This document shows, piece by piece, positions 38,793 to 51,152 of a stretch of DNA of 64,000 nt (position 1 is its first letter; every line of letters begins with the position of its first letter). A program made the translations under genes and the position numbers. Source of the DNA: Gammaproteobacteria bacterium (GTDB lineage Bacteria > Pseudomonadota > Gammaproteobacteria > JACCYU01); the NCBI GenBank assembly GCA_050740315.1, contig JBOIDC010000004.1, forward strand, positions 4,918 to 68,917, read 5' to 3'. A model generated the notes under the pieces. That model was not told where the DNA came from and did no database searches. It saw only the letters and a program-made list of their open reading frames with translations.

Positions 38793-39518
38793 ATGGATCA
38801 AAACATACGCGCGTCTCATCCCGGTCTGGCGCCGGCCGACGACAGCCTGTTGACGCGGGAAAGCTGGAAGGTATTCCAGATCATGGCCGAGTTTGTCGAG
38901 GGCTTCGAGCGCCTCGCGCGAATCCAGCCCTCGGTCAGCATCTTCGGCTCGGCGCGGGTGCTGCCCGATCACCCCTATTACAAGCTCGCCGAAGGTATTG
39001 CCCGGTGCCTGTCGGACGCCGGCTTCGCCGTGGTCAGCGGCGGCGGGCCGGGCATTATGGAAGCCGCCAACAAGGGCGCGTTCGCCGGCAAATCGCCCAG
39101 TGTCGGCCTCAATATCGAACTGCCGCACGAGCAGGGGGCCAACGGCTATCAGGACATCAGTTTGCGGTTCCGGCATTTTTTCACCCGCAAGGTCATGTTC
39201 GTTAAATACGCCTCGGCTTACGTGGTATTGCCCGGCGGTTTCGGCACCTTAGATGAGCTGGCCGAGATTCTCACCCTGGTGCAGACGGGCAAGACCGCGC
39301 GCATTCCGATTATTCTGGTGCACTCGAAATTCTGGGCGGGCCTGATCGACTGGTTCAAGCATACCCTGGTCAGCGAGGGCGTCATCGACTCGAGCGATAC
39401 GGATTTATTCAAGCTGCTGGACAGTCCGGAAGAGGTCGTCGAAGCCATTTTCGAGCATTACGAGCATCGCGGCTTCGAACCCTCGGCCGAGGAACGCGAG
39501 CGGCTACTGGAATTGTGA
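38793..39518 (+). CDS. LOG-family / TIGR00730 Rossmann-fold nucleotide-binding protein
   Basis: GGGPGIMEA and PGGFGTLDE motifs. Confidence 0.85.
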   Translation: MDQNIRASHPGLAPADDSLLTRESWKVFQIMAEFVEGFERLARIQPSVSIFGSARVLPDHPYYKLAEGIARCLSDAGFAVVSGGGPGIMEAANKGAFAGKSPSVGLNIELPHEQGANGYQDISLRFRHFFTRKVMFVKYASAYVVLPGGFGTLDELAEILTLVQTGKTARIPIILVHSKFWAGLIDWFKHTLVSEGVIDSSDTDLFKLLDSPEEVVEAIFEHYEHRGFEPSAEERERLLEL

Positions 39519-39604
39519 CCGCACGATACGCAGCCGCTGGACACGGGTAATAGCTCGGCGCCTACCAATGCGGGTTTCGTTTTTGTATTGACCGTCAAAA
39601 TTTC

Positions 39605-40540
39605 ATGTCTGTTTACACACCCGTCAACCGGCCCCAGCTGGAGACCTTTCTGAGGCTTTATGACGAGGGCGCGCTGCTCGCATTCAGCGGCATCAGCGCG
39701 GGTATCGAGAACAGCAATTTCTTCGTCACCACCGAACGCGGCGAGTTCGTGCTCACCCTGTTCGAAAAACACGCCGCCTACGAGCTGCCGTTTTTCCTGA
39801 ATCTCATGGCGCATCTGGCGGAACACGGCATCCCCAGCGCCCATCCGATTCCCGATCGTCATGGCGAATTCCTGCAGCAACTGAACGGCAAACCCGCCGC
39901 CTTGGTGCGCCGTCTCAACGGGGCGAGCCCGCCGGTCGCGAACCTCCAGCATTGCCGCGGGGTGGGGCATGTGCTGGCGCGCCTGCATCTGGCTGCACGG
40001 GACTATAAAGGACATCGTGAGAACGATCGTGGTTACAGCTGGTGGCTGGCGGTGCGTGAGGTGCTTCATTCACGCCTGGCCGACAGCGACGCGCGGCTAC
40101 TGGACGCGGAATTGCAGTTTCAGCGGCAGGATAGATTCAAAGGGCTGCCGCGAGGCATCATCCACGCCGACCTGTTTCGCGACAATGCGATGTTTGTCGG
40201 CGACGAACTCACCGGTATCATCGACTTTTATTACGCCTGCGACGACGCATTCATGTACGACCTGGCGATCACGGCCAACGACTGGTGCAGCAAGGCGGAC
40301 GGCAGCCTCGAAGCACCCAAGGTCAACGCATTGCTGACCGCGTACTGCGAAGCGCGGCCGCTTGCGCCCGTGGAGCGTCGCGCCTGGCCGGTCATGGTGC
40401 GCGCCGCAGCGCTGCGTTTCTGGCTTTCCCGGCTCTACGACAAGCATTTTCCGCGCCCCGGGCATATCACGCACATCAAAGATCCGGGCCAGTTCAAGAT
40501 GATTCTGCTAGACCGAATCGAGCACTCTGACGCGCTCTAG
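39605..40540 (+). CDS. thrB: Homoserine kinase, Pseudomonas type (APH-fold ThrB)
   Basis: IIHADLFRDN, GIIDFYYAC motifs; 311 aa. polA-adjacent as in pseudomonads. Confidence 0.85.
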   Translation: MSVYTPVNRPQLETFLRLYDEGALLAFSGISAGIENSNFFVTTERGEFVLTLFEKHAAYELPFFLNLMAHLAEHGIPSAHPIPDRHGEFLQQLNGKPAALVRRLNGASPPVANLQHCRGVGHVLARLHLAARDYKGHRENDRGYSWWLAVREVLHSRLADSDARLLDAELQFQRQDRFKGLPRGIIHADLFRDNAMFVGDELTGIIDFYYACDDAFMYDLAITANDWCSKADGSLEAPKVNALLTAYCEARPLAPVERRAWPVMVRAAALRFWLSRLYDKHFPRPGHITHIKDPGQFKMILLDRIEHSDAL

Positions 40541-40576
40541 CAGGGATTCAGACCGCGGGCTTCGCATTCGCACCGG

Positions 40577-41467
40577 TTAACGGCAGGGGCTGGCCTTGGG
40601 CGCGTTGTACGCAGCAGCCTGTCCCGACGCTTCAACACAAGGTTGGCGCAACGCCTGCTGCAACCACCCCGCAATAAAGTCGGCGACCTCGCACCAGCCC
40701 GGTTCTCCGATCAGCCAATGCGCATGGTTGGAAAATTCCTTGTAAGTCGAAACGTGCCGGTATTTGCGCGCGACCTTGCGCACAACCTCGGGACGCACGA
40801 TTCGATCTTGCGTCGCGCCAATCACCAGTAACGGACAGTTAATCTTCGAGGCATCGACTTTAGCGGCCTTTCTTCTGTCCAAAAACCAGAAGCCCATTTC
40901 GAAGCCGGCTCGGCCGGATTCGTGGACGAACTTTTCGTAAATGGTTCTGCGCTCGTACGGCGGCAGCAGGTGCATCATCGAATAGGCGGCCTCATCGAAC
41001 GTTTGACGGAATGATTTTTTCCAGAACCCCCACGTTGTAAGCGCGCTCCAGTAACTCCGAATCACGGTCGGCCTTAACACTACGATGCCGTAAGGCGGCG
41101 CGGGTGTTAAAAGTATCAGCGCCCTGGCCAGCCCACGGCTGGCCAGGATTTGCGCGAGCAAGCCACCCATGGAGTGCCCGATCAGGATGGGCACCCGATC
41201 GAGTTTGCCGATTTGAGCCTCGAGATCCTGCGCGTAGTCCAGCAGGCTCGTGGTCCCCAGCCGCGGATCGACGATCCCACGTGGATTGACATCATGATGG
41301 CGCAGCGTCGGCGTAATGCATCGATGACCCTGCGCCTCGAAGAAACTACGGTAGTTGTCCCAGCACCATCCACCCAGGCACATGCCGTGGATCATGAAAA
41401 TGGTTTCGCTCACGGCGGCGTGAGGGCCCGGTTCCACGCCAGAGTTATCATGGACGACATCCGGCAA
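40577..41467 (-). CDS. Alpha/beta-hydrolase fold protein (esterase/lipase-like)
   Basis: GHSMGG nucleophile elbow; 296 aa. Confidence 0.75.
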   Translation of the reverse strand: MPDVVHDNSGVEPGPHAAVSETIFMIHGMCLGGWCWDNYRSFFEAQGHRCITPTLRHHDVNPRGIVDPRLGTTSLLDYAQDLEAQIGKLDRVPILIGHSMGGLLAQILASRGLARALILLTPAPPYGIVVLRPTVIRSYWSALTTWGFWKKSFRQTFDEAAYSMMHLLPPYERRTIYEKFVHESGRAGFEMGFWFLDRRKAAKVDASKINCPLLVIGATQDRIVRPEVVRKVARKYRHVSTYKEFSNHAHWLIGEPGWCEVADFIAGWLQQALRQPCVEASGQAAAYNAPKASPCR

Positions 41468-42023
41468 CTTCTATAGTGCCGGTGAAGCACGTCCAGGCGA
41501 TGACTATTCGAAATCTGGTTGACGCTGCGCATTAACGCGCTTCCATTGGCCATCGACGACTGATACCTACGCCCATACCTCAAAGGCCCTCTGTTCCGGA
41601 ATGGCTTGTCCGACGAGCGGACTAAAGCTGTCGCCCGGACAGCGGTGGCGAGGCCAATCTGGCCCCTATTATGACCGCCGCTTAAGAAAAGTGGTGGCCG
41701 CGCCGGCCGGGTATGCCCTTATTCTGGTCGGCGCGGCAGCCCGCCGCTACCGTTGGTCGGCGAGAGTGCTGACTTTTCGCCGAGAATCTACACCGCTCAG
41801 CCTTGGTTTTGTCCTGTCCAGCCCTGTTCCTGCGCCGCTAGTCCGGTTTTTTTGCGACGCCCGACCCGAAATAGCGCTCTTTACTTTCCAAAAAAGCCAA
41901 TAGGCAACTATTATCCTCTTTGCAAAGAACACATCGCATCAAAGGCGAAGACCCCGGAAGGTTTTTGAAACGGGCTGCGAATTTTTTACTTTTCAATCCG
42001 CCCACAAACAAAGGTGATATGCC

Positions 42024-42926
42024 ATGAGTAATATTAAGCGTAACGCGGTTGTTTCTCTTCCCTCCACCAATGCCCTGCCGTACAACCAGTTAACCACGCA
42101 TGTGGATGAGAAATACCAAGTTGCGTGGGGCTATATGTGCGCCCAACCCTCATGTTTTACACCCGCGCTGCTGGGTGATCTGGGCGCCTGGTTCAATGAG
42201 CTGGCGACTCAGACTGAAAAAGACATCCGCTATGCGGTGCTCGCCTCGGAAGTGCCCGGCGTCTACAACTTCGGCGGCGATCTTAGTCTTTTCAAAAGAC
42301 TGATCCAGGCAAAAGACCGTGATGGCTTATTAAAGTACGCAACGGCGTGTATCGATGCCCTTTATATAAAGCTCATTCACTTTCGCCGCGACATAACGCA
42401 TATCACTCTCGTTCAAGGTGACGCGCTGGGGGGTGGTTTTGAGTGTGCACTGGCCAGTGACGTATTGATCGCGGAACGCAGCGCCAAGATGGGTCTGCCC
42501 GAAATCCTGTTCAACCTGTTCCCCGGCATGGGCGCCTACAGCCTGCTGAGCCGCAAGCTGGACAGCGCGCGCGCCGAGCGCATCATCTTAAGCGGGCGCA
42601 TCTATGGCGCGGAAGAGCTGTACGAGATGGGCGTGGTGGACGTGCTGGCCGAAGACCTGCAGGGCGAGATGGCCGTATACGACTACATCAGAAAGGAAAA
42701 TCGCACCGCCAACGGATATCGCGCGCTGCGCGCCGCCAAGGATAAGGTCAATCCGATCAGCTACAAGGAACTGATGGATATCACTGAAATCTGGGTGGAC
42801 GCCGCGCTGCGCCTGGAGCCGCGGGACCTGCGCATGATGGGACGCCTGGTGGCGCGCCAAGCCGGCCGCAGCCGCAGCAGCATCGACAGACGCCAGGAAA
42901 AATTCGGCGGCAGTGGGCTCCGCTAG
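42024..42926 (+). CDS. rpfF: DSF-family signal synthase RpfF (crotonase-fold)
   Basis: Crotonase motifs with RpfF-characteristic stretches ([54 protein letters not shown]). Adjacent to an rpfC/rpfG-type pair. Confidence 0.8.
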   Translation: MSNIKRNAVVSLPSTNALPYNQLTTHVDEKYQVAWGYMCAQPSCFTPALLGDLGAWFNELATQTEKDIRYAVLASEVPGVYNFGGDLSLFKRLIQAKDRDGLLKYATACIDALYIKLIHFRRDITHITLVQGDALGGGFECALASDVLIAERSAKMGLPEILFNLFPGMGAYSLLSRKLDSARAERIILSGRIYGAEELYEMGVVDVLAEDLQGEMAVYDYIRKENRTANGYRALRAAKDKVNPISYKELMDITEIWVDAALRLEPRDLRMMGRLVARQAGRSRSSIDRRQEKFGGSGLR

Positions 42927-45508
42927 CGCATGACGTTGCGCTGACGGTCGACGTATTCCGTGAGCCTGATACAGGTGCTATCGAAACAGGTTTCGATACG
43001 CGTAGCCAGTTCGGAGGTCTTGGCGCTCGACATCTCGTAAGGTTTGAGCTGCTGGGCTTCGACGCATAGCCTGACCAACTGGGTGCCGCCCAGTTCGCTG
43101 GCAGTGCCCTTGAGCGCGTGCGCAGCGTCCTGAAACTCGGGATAGTCCTGTTCGGCCACGGCGTGGCGTACGCTCGCCATAAGCCGCGCGCCGTCGCGCG
43201 TAAAGCCTTCCACCAGCTCGCGGACGAAATCACGGCCGGAACCCAGCTTGCTCAACCTGTCCAGCGCGGATTCCTCCAGCTGTATATCGCCAGTTTGCGA
43301 AGATGGGGCGTGGGCGCCCGGCTGACTCAGCGCATTTTTAGCGGCCGCGTCTCCTCCCGCCATCATCAGCGCGGCGATCGTGTCGAGCAGCTTGCGGGCA
43401 TCGATGGGCTTGGTCAGAAACGCGTTGGCGCCTGCCTCCTTGCATTGATCCATGGCTTCACGGGTCGCGTTCGCGGTTAACATGATAACCGGCACTTCCC
43501 GTTGCGTATCGATGAAGCGGGTCGCCTTGACCACTTCGATGCCGCTCATCACCGGCATCTGCATATCCGCGATGAACAGGTCGAAACGCGTTTGTCCATG
43601 CGCCAGCGTATCGAGCGCCAGCTCCCCGTTGTCCACCAAGTGAACCTTGTGCTCGGCGCGTTCCAGAACGCCTTTGATAACCTTCTGGTTCACCTCGTTG
43701 TCTTCGGCCACCAGGATATTGAGGCGGCGGCCGGCGCCGGTCTGGCGATAATGGTCGGCCAGCGAGACCACGTTCTCCTGCGGCTCGTGATCGGTATGCG
43801 CGGCATGGATGGCGTTGAACAGCAGCGTTTTGTCCAGCGGCTCGGGTAATACCGCGCTGTAGCCGCAGCGCAGCGACTCTTCTTCCTGCAAGGCGTCGAC
43901 CTTCGTGTCGATCAGCACCAGCGAGAACTTGCCGGACGGCTGTAACGCACGGGCGGCGACGGCAAAACGCTCAGGCGCAATATCGATCTGCCGCCGCTGC
44001 ACCAGCACCACCCGATGTGGTAACTGTTGCGCCGCGGCTTGCGCCAGTTTGGCGAACGCCTGCGCCGCGTCCTGCACACAGTCGTGGGCCAGGCGCCAGC
44101 CGGCCAGCGCCGGATTGATCTCGGCCGCCAGCTCCGGACTGACGATCGCCAGCACACGCACGCGGCGCAGCTTGTCCAGTATCACGCCATCCTTGCGTAT
44201 CGCCACGCGCCGCTCGAACGGCAGCTCGAACCAGAACGTGGTGCCCACGCCTTCGCTGCTGCGCACCCCGATCTGGCCGCCCATCTGATGCACCAGTTGC
44301 CGCGCGATCGCGGTACCCAGCCCGGAGCCGCCGTAACGGCGCGAGGTCGAGGCGTCCGCCTGGGTAAATGTATCGAATATCTTGGCTTGCGCGGCCTCGG
44401 CTATGCCGATGCCAGTGTCGACTACCTCGAAGCGTAGCTTGAGCGCGTCGGCCACCTCATCGGGCACCGGCGCCACTTTGACGTCGATGCGGCCGGTGGC
44501 GGTGAACTTGATGGCGTTGCCGATCAGATTGACCAACACCTGATGAATATGCGCCGCGTCGCCACGCAGCATGAATGGCGTCTGCGGCGCGACATAGGCG
44601 GCGAACTCCAGTCCCTTCTTGCGCGCCTGCGGCTCGAACAAAAGCGCGGTATCACGCATCAGCCGGTGCAGATCGAAGTCCGCGATCTGGACATTGAGCT
44701 TGCCGGCCTCGATCTTGGAAAAGTCGAGGATATTCTCGATCAGGCCCAACAAGGTATGCGCCGAGGCGTGAATGGTGCGCGCGATTTCGCGCTGCTCGGT
44801 GTCCAGCGGCGTGTCGATCAGCAGATCGCTCATGCCGATGACGCCATTGAGCGGTGTGCGCAATTCGTGGCTCATGTTCGCGACGAATTGCGACTTGGCG
44901 CGGCTGGCCAGATTAGCCTGCTCGATCGCCGCATTGAGTTTGCGAATCAAGGTCGCCGCGTATAACGGCAGCGCGATCAGCATGATCAGCACGCTGACAC
45001 TTAAGATCGGCTGCGACGACCAATAGTCATTGAAAAGAATGACGCCGATAAAACCGACGTTGCCCACCACGCTGGAGGCCAACAGATATTTGAGCCCGTA
45101 GCGAAAGCCATTGCCCATCGTGACCCAGAGGTAAACGGCCAGCAGCGGGGTCGCCATCTCACCGCCCAGGGCGAGGAAAAACGACGTGGCGCCCAGATCG
45201 TTGACCATGCCCAGCAGGCGGCGCACTCGCGACTTGGCGGGCCACAGGATGATGCCGACGAGGATCGCCAGGGAGAACGCCAGAACGCTGCCGATCGCCA
45301 CACGCGTAACAAGCAAATGCGCGGTATCAACGCCATTGCCGTAGATCGGCGAAAAGAAGTAGACGCACACGATGGCGACGATGATCACGCGCAGGATCGC
45401 CTGCTCGTGTTCGCTGTCCGGACGGCCGGACAATCGTGCCTTGAAGCTTGTTAGCATGCCGGAATACACACCCCTTCCATAACGGCTAGGCTTCGGGCGC
45501 AGATGCAC
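42923..45508 (-). CDS. rpfC: DSF sensor hybrid histidine kinase RpfC (5-TM sensor, HisKA-HATPase, REC, HPt)
   Basis: [12 protein letters not shown] membrane sensor motif, [11 protein letters not shown]-box, G-boxes, REC (VAEDNEVNQ...DMQMP), C-terminal HPt ([11 protein letters not shown]). Confidence 0.8.
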   Translation of the reverse strand: MHLRPKPSRYGRGVYSGMLTSFKARLSGRPDSEHEQAILRVIIVAIVCVYFFSPIYGNGVDTAHLLVTRVAIGSVLAFSLAILVGIILWPAKSRVRRLLGMVNDLGATSFFLALGGEMATPLLAVYLWVTMGNGFRYGLKYLLASSVVGNVGFIGVILFNDYWSSQPILSVSVLIMLIALPLYAATLIRKLNAAIEQANLASRAKSQFVANMSHELRTPLNGVIGMSDLLIDTPLDTEQREIARTIHASAHTLLGLIENILDFSKIEAGKLNVQIADFDLHRLMRDTALLFEPQARKKGLEFAAYVAPQTPFMLRGDAAHIHQVLVNLIGNAIKFTATGRIDVKVAPVPDEVADALKLRFEVVDTGIGIAEAAQAKIFDTFTQADASTSRRYGGSGLGTAIARQLVHQMGGQIGVRSSEGVGTTFWFELPFERRVAIRKDGVILDKLRRVRVLAIVSPELAAEINPALAGWRLAHDCVQDAAQAFAKLAQAAAQQLPHRVVLVQRRQIDIAPERFAVAARALQPSGKFSLVLIDTKVDALQEEESLRCGYSAVLPEPLDKTLLFNAIHAAHTDHEPQENVVSLADHYRQTGAGRRLNILVAEDNEVNQKVIKGVLERAEHKVHLVDNGELALDTLAHGQTRFDLFIADMQMPVMSGIEVVKATRFIDTQREVPVIMLTANATREAMDQCKEAGANAFLTKPIDARKLLDTIAALMMAGGDAAAKNALSQPGAHAPSSQTGDIQLEESALDRLSKLGSGRDFVRELVEGFTRDGARLMASVRHAVAEQDYPEFQDAAHALKGTASELGGTQLVRLCVEAQQLKPYEMSSAKTSELATRIETCFDSTCIRLTEYVDRQRNVMR

Positions 45509-46670
45509 CCTCTGCCGTGCGCTCGATCTCGGCCAGCTGGGCGATGAAGGCGGCGACGCAACGCGGATCGAAGTGATGACCGGCTTGTTCCGTCACATAG
45601 CGGATCGCATCCTCGCGAGACCAGGCCTGTTTATAAGACCGTTTGCTGATCAGCGCGTCATAAACATCGGCCACGGTGACGATGCGCGAGACAAGCGGAA
45701 TGGCGTCGCCGCGTAGACCATGGGGATAGCCTCCGCCGTCGTAATGCTCGTGATGACTCAACGCGATCACCGCTCCCTGCTGGATGTAACGAGAGGCACT
45801 GTTCTTCAATATCTCGTGCCCTATTGTCGTATGCATCTTCATGACTTCCCACTCCGCCGGCGTTAACTCGCCCGGCTTCAGCAGCACCTGATCGGGAATG
45901 CCGATCTTGCCGATGTCATGCATAGGCGCCGCCAGCTCGATTTCATCGCACTCCACCGCCGACAGGCCCATCTGCTCGGCGATCAGCCGCGCCAGTTTCG
46001 CCATGCGCATTACGTGGTCGCCGGAGCCTTGGTCCCGGTATTCGCCGGCCTTGGCGAGCCGCAGCAGGGTTTCGCGCTCGCGATTGCGAATCTGCCGGGT
46101 GGCAAGCGAGACCTGCTCTTCCAGCCAGTGCGCGCGGTGGGTGATGATTTTCTGCTGACGGCGCAAGGTCAGCAGATTCCGGCAGCGGGCGCGGCACTCA
46201 TATTGATCGATGGGGCGCACGAGAAAATCGGTGGCGCCGGCGTCCAGCGCCTCGTATCTCACTTCGGGATCCTCCACCACCGTCACGACCACCAGCGGCA
46301 CGTCCACGCAGCTGGGCATGGCGCGCAGCCGGCGCGTGAACTCCACGCCGTTCAGATCCGGCATCTTGTAGTCGGTCAGAATCAGATCCGGCGTCTGCCG
46401 GCCGGCGTGGCGCAACGCCTCGTAAGGATCGGCAAAACTCTCGACGATGAGCGCGGGGTCGATGCTCTGGATCAATTCTTCCAGAATCTTGCGGCCGGTG
46501 AACTGATCGTCAACGATGATCACGCTCGGCGGATACCGGCCGCCCTGCTTGACGACCGCATCACCGCCCCAGTCGGGCACACTGTCGGAAGCGACGCGCA
46601 GGCGCGCAGGCTTACGCGGCGCGCGGTTGCGGCCGGCGTTGCGAGGTACCAGAGTTATTATGTTGTCCAT
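45486..46670 (-). CDS. rpfG: HD-GYP phosphodiesterase response regulator RpfG
   Basis: REC domain (VIIVDDQ...LTDYKMPD) plus HD-GYP (HDIGKIGIP ... [11 protein letters not shown]). Confidence 0.85.
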   Translation of the reverse strand: MDNIITLVPRNAGRNRAPRKPARLRVASDSVPDWGGDAVVKQGGRYPPSVIIVDDQFTGRKILEELIQSIDPALIVESFADPYEALRHAGRQTPDLILTDYKMPDLNGVEFTRRLRAMPSCVDVPLVVVTVVEDPEVRYEALDAGATDFLVRPIDQYECRARCRNLLTLRRQQKIITHRAHWLEEQVSLATRQIRNRERETLLRLAKAGEYRDQGSGDHVMRMAKLARLIAEQMGLSAVECDEIELAAPMHDIGKIGIPDQVLLKPGELTPAEWEVMKMHTTIGHEILKNSASRYIQQGAVIALSHHEHYDGGGYPHGLRGDAIPLVSRIVTVADVYDALISKRSYKQAWSREDAIRYVTEQAGHHFDPRCVAAFIAQLAEIERTAEGASAPEA

Positions 46671-46939
46671 AATCTAGCGGCGCCAAAAGTTGTAGCCCAG
46701 TAGACGCGCCGGCTTGGTCGTAGTCAGAGCCCTCCAAAGGCCCTGATCGCCGGCCGGTGGTTATTATCTTTCCCTTAGTCCCAGGGCGGATAATACCTGA
46801 TTATAGCCGCGCTTGAAGATATCAGCGTGCTGCCGCATCGCGCTGCAATGCAGCACAATGCGGAAAACAGCCGAACCGGCTCCCGTCTCGAAGCCACTGC
46901 CGAAGCTCAACGATCCGGCAGGCGACGCCCGGACAGAGG

Positions 46940-49116
46940 CTACAGCGTCTGCAGATTCGCGTATTCCACCACCAGCCATTTGCACCCCGCGCGCTCGAAA
47001 TTGACCTGCACGCGCGCGTGGCGACCCTGACCCTCGCAATCCAGCACCACCCCCTCGCCAAACTTTGTGTGCGCGACCCTTTTGCCAATGCGAATGCCGT
47101 TTTCACTCTCGGCTTGCGACGCGATCGTGCGGCGCGCGCGCAACGGCTGACTGATCATCACCCTGGGCCGTACTTCCTGCACCAGTTCCGGCGGCAGTTC
47201 GCCGATAAAGCGCGACGGCGGGTTGTAGTTCTCGGAGCCGTACTGACGCCTGGCCTCGGCAAAAGTCATCACCAGTTGCCGGCACGCGCGGGTGATGCCG
47301 ACATAGCAGAGCCGGCGTTCCTCTTCCAGACGGCCCGGCTCATCGATAGACATCTTGCTCGGGAATATGCCCTCTTCCATGCCGACCATGAATACCAGCG
47401 GAAACTCCAGCCCCTTGGCGGCGTGCAAGGTCATGAGCTGCGCGCAGTCCTGATATGCCTCCCCCTGACCTTCGCCCGCCTCCAGCGCCGCGTGCGCGAG
47501 GAACGCGTCCAGCGGCGTCATGTCGCCGTGCTGGTCCGGGTCCAGCTTGAAACCGCGCGCGGCGGTGACCAGCTCGTCCAGGTTTTCCATGCGCGCCTGG
47601 CCTTTTTCGCCGCCTTCCGCGCCGTGATGTTTCTTCAGGCCGCTGTGCTGGATCACGTGATCGACCTGCTCGTGTAACGGCAGGCCCGCAATGGCAACGC
47701 CCATGCCTTCGATCAACCGCATAAAACCCGACAAGGCATTCGCGGCGCGGGCGCTCAATGCCCCCTCGCCGGCCAGCGCCTGTCCCGCCTGCCACAAGCT
47801 TGTGCCTTGCGTGCGGGCGCGAACGCGCAGTTCCGCCACCGTACGTTCCCCGATGCCGCGCGTCGGCAGATTCACCACGCGTTCGAAAGAGGCGTCGTCG
47901 TTGTGATTGGACGTGAGCCGCAGATACGCCAGCGCGTCCTTGATTTCGGCGCGCTCGAAGAATCGCAATCCACCGTACACGCGATAGGGAATCCTGCGCG
48001 CCATGAAAACTTCCTCGAACACGCGCGACTGCGCATTGGAGCGATAGAGGATCGCCGCTGCGCGGCGCGGCTGACCCTGCTCCACCCACTGCATCAGCCG
48101 GTCGGCGACGAAGCGCGCCTCGTCCTGCTCGTTGTATGCGGCGTAGACCTGGATCGCGTCGCCATCATTGCCGCTGGTCCACAACTGTTTGCCCATGCGG
48201 CCCTGGTTGTGGCCGATAAGGGCGTTGGCCGCGGCGAGGATCTTCGCGGTGGAGCGATAGTTTTGTTCCAGCCGGAAGATCTGCGTGTTCGCGAAATCGC
48301 GGCTGAAACTCTGGATGTTCTCGATGCGCGCGCCGCGCCAGCCGTAGATCGACTGGTCATCGTCGCCCACCGCGAAGATCGGAATCTTCTCGCCGGCCAG
48401 CAAGCGCAGCCACCCATATTGAATGGCGTTGGTGTCCTGAAATTCGTCCACCAGCAGGTGTCGGAAGCGTTCGCGGTAGTGCGCGAGCAGCCTGGCGTCG
48501 TCGCGCAGCAGCTCCAGGGAGCGCAGCAACAGTTCGGCGAAATCGACCAGCCCGGCGCGCTGGCAGACGTTCTCGTAAGCCATGTAAATGCGCACCAGCT
48601 GGCGGCTGATCGGGTCGCCGGTATCTTCCAGCTGCTGCGGGCGCAAGCCCTCGTCCTTGCGCGCGTTGATGTACCACTGCGTCTGACGCGGCGGCCAGCG
48701 CGCCTCATCCAGCTCCAGACTCTTGAGCACCCTTTTTACCAGGCGATACTGGTCGTCGGAATCCAGAATCTGAAAGGTCTCCGGCAGCCGCGCCTCGCGC
48801 CAGTGCGCGCGCAGCAGGCGATGCGAAAGCCCGTGAAACGTGCCCACCCACATGCCGCGCGTGGGCGCGCCCAGCAGCGACTCGGCCCGCCCGCGCATTT
48901 CGGCGGCCGCCTTGTTGGTGAAGGTCACCGCGAGCACACTGTACGGCGAGACGCCCTCGACCCGACAGAGCCACGCAATGCGGTGCACCAGCACGCGCGT
49001 CTTGCCGCTGCCGGCGCCGGCCAGCACCAGCGTAGGCAGCGGCGGCGCGCTGACGGCCTCGCGCTGCGCGTTATTGAGGGGATCGAGGATCGGCGAGACG
49101 TCCATGGGCGCGAATT
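46940..49116 (-). CDS. uvrD: DNA helicase II UvrD
   Basis: LLNNAQREAV...AGAGSGKT Walker A, TFTNKAAAEM, helicase motifs II-VI. The 934-aa ORF-track version carries a spurious N-terminal extension; the true start is ATG 49116. Confidence 0.9.
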
Positions 49117-49272
49117 GTAACAGAAGCGTTCCTCCATTCCGGAGCTGCGGCGGTCCCACGAAGCGGCGCGTGCGAACCGTTAATTCATTGACTGCGCCAT
49201 CGCTGTCCGGACTTCCGTCGCCCCGCTCGAGCCAGGAATGCGCATGCCGCCACAAGCCTTCGCGCAAACCGA

Positions 49273-50838
49273 TTACTGGGCGAAATACACGCTCAGCACA
49301 ACAAGCAATGCCGCGGCCACGATGGCGATCACGGTGCGCCGGTAAGCCACGTGTAATTCGTCGCGTATCTCCTTGAGCTGCTGGCTGCGCCACTCTACTT
49401 TTAATTGCCCTTCTTCCGCCTGCTTGACCAGCGAGTAGAGAAGATCGGGCATCTCCGGCAGCTTTTCGATCATAGACGGCAACGCGTCTCTGAAGCCTTC
49501 GAACAGCGCGCGCGCGCCGATCTGTTCGCTCATCCAGCGGTCCAGAAACGGTTTGGCCGTTTGCCACAGGTCCAGCTGCGGATCCAGCTGGCGGCCCAGA
49601 CCTTCGATGCTGAGCAAGGTCTTCTGCAACAACACCAGTTGCGGCTGCACCTCCATGTTGAAACGCCGCGCCGTCTGAAACAACCGCAACAGCAGATTGC
49701 CGAACGAGATCTCGTTCAGCGGCCGCTGGAAGATCGGCTCGCACACGGTGCGGATGGCCGATTCGAATTCATCCACCCGCGTGCCCTCCGGCACCCAGCC
49801 CGATTCGATGTGCAGCTCCGCCACGCGCTGGTAATCGCGATGGAAAAACGCCACGAAATTCCCCGCGAGATAACGCCGATCGAGCGGCGACAAGGTGCCG
49901 ACGATGCCGAAATCCACCGCCATATACTGAGGATCGTGTGGTGTCTCATAGGACACAAAGATGTTGCCCGGATGCATGTCGCCGTGAAAAAAATTGTGCC
50001 GGAATACCTGCGTGAAGAAGATCTCCACGCCGCGCGCCGACAGCTTTTTGAAATCTACGTGGCGCGCGCGCAACGCGGCCGTGTCGCTGATGGGAATGCC
50101 GTGGATACGCTCCATCACCATCACTTCGCGGCGCGTGTACGGCCAGTAGACCTGCGGCACGTACAACAGCGGCGAGCCCTCGAAGTTGCGCCGCAACTGG
50201 CTGGCGTTGGCCGCCTCGCGCATCAGGTCCAGCTCGTCCATGATGGTCTTGTCGTATTCGCCGACGATCGCGCGCGGGTGCAGGCGCCGGCCTTCCGTCC
50301 AGTAGCGCTCGGCCAGCCCGGCGAACCAGTGCAGAATGCTGAGATCACGGCGAATGATGCGCTTCACGTCCGGGCGCAGCACCTTGACGACGACCTCGGT
50401 GTCATCGCGCAGGCGTGCGGCGTGCACCTGGGCGATGGATGCGGAGGCCAGCGGCGCCTCGTCGAAAAAGGCGAAATATTCGTTCAGCGAATGCCCGTAG
50501 GCTTTTTCGATGACGGCTCGCGCCGCCTCGCCCGCAAACGGAGGCACGCGATCCTGCAGCAGGGCGAGCTCATCGACAATGTCGTCCGGCAATACGTCGC
50601 GGCGGGTGGACAGCATCTGCCCGAACTTCACGAAGATCGGCCCCAGGTCTTCGAGCGCGCGGCGCAGGCGTTCTCCCTGCGAGGCCTCCGCGCGCCATAC
50701 CCAGCGCCACGGCATGAACCACAGCAGAAACCGGAACGGCTTGAACACGCGGATCGAAAACACCAGCTCGTCCAGGCCGTAGCGCACCAGCACGAGATTG
50801 ATGTGCAGCATGCGCAAGACCTGTCGGGGGCCTAGCAT
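49273..50838 (-). CDS. ubiB: Ubiquinone biosynthesis protein kinase-like UbiB (ABC1/ADCK family)
   Basis: [24 protein letters not shown]-terminal TM helices. Confidence 0.9.
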   Translation of the reverse strand: MLGPRQVLRMLHINLVLVRYGLDELVFSIRVFKPFRFLLWFMPWRWVWRAEASQGERLRRALEDLGPIFVKFGQMLSTRRDVLPDDIVDELALLQDRVPPFAGEAARAVIEKAYGHSLNEYFAFFDEAPLASASIAQVHAARLRDDTEVVVKVLRPDVKRIIRRDLSILHWFAGLAERYWTEGRRLHPRAIVGEYDKTIMDELDLMREAANASQLRRNFEGSPLLYVPQVYWPYTRREVMVMERIHGIPISDTAALRARHVDFKKLSARGVEIFFTQVFRHNFFHGDMHPGNIFVSYETPHDPQYMAVDFGIVGTLSPLDRRYLAGNFVAFFHRDYQRVAELHIESGWVPEGTRVDEFESAIRTVCEPIFQRPLNEISFGNLLLRLFQTARRFNMEVQPQLVLLQKTLLSIEGLGRQLDPQLDLWQTAKPFLDRWMSEQIGARALFEGFRDALPSMIEKLPEMPDLLYSLVKQAEEGQLKVEWRSQQLKEIRDELHVAYRRTVIAIVAAALLVVLSVYFAQ

Positions 50839-51152
50839 GAGCCGACGAACTCCGGCCGCGCGGTTAAGCGGGCGGGTGGTTTGAAGCAGCCTCGCCGCGG
50901 GGGAAGCGATTCACCAACGCGCACGCGAATTTTGCAACCGGAAAGTGGATTTACCCGCTGGCATGAACGGTGTGGCGCGCCTGCGCGGCGTGGCAGCACG
51001 CGGTATCCAAGGAATCTCTGAGTAAATTTCATCCTGGATTTTGCAGCGCGCGGAAGACGAAACGTGCCTTGTAACTAACATGGCACTTCCCGTCATCTTC
51101 AACGGCCCGTAGCCGTCGAAAATGGCGGCGCAGCACCGCAGGAACCTCTGAA

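Noticed and set aside
47018-49120. Plus-strand ORFs (47018-47677, 47807-49120) and the 200-aa N-terminal extension of the 934-aa uvrD ORF
   Set aside because: Antisense/extension artefacts. The UvrD N-terminus (LNNAQREAV...GSGKT) fixes the start at 49116.
49405-50835. 476-aa plus-strand ORF opposite ubiB
   Set aside because: Shadow ORF; ubiB motifs are on the minus strand.
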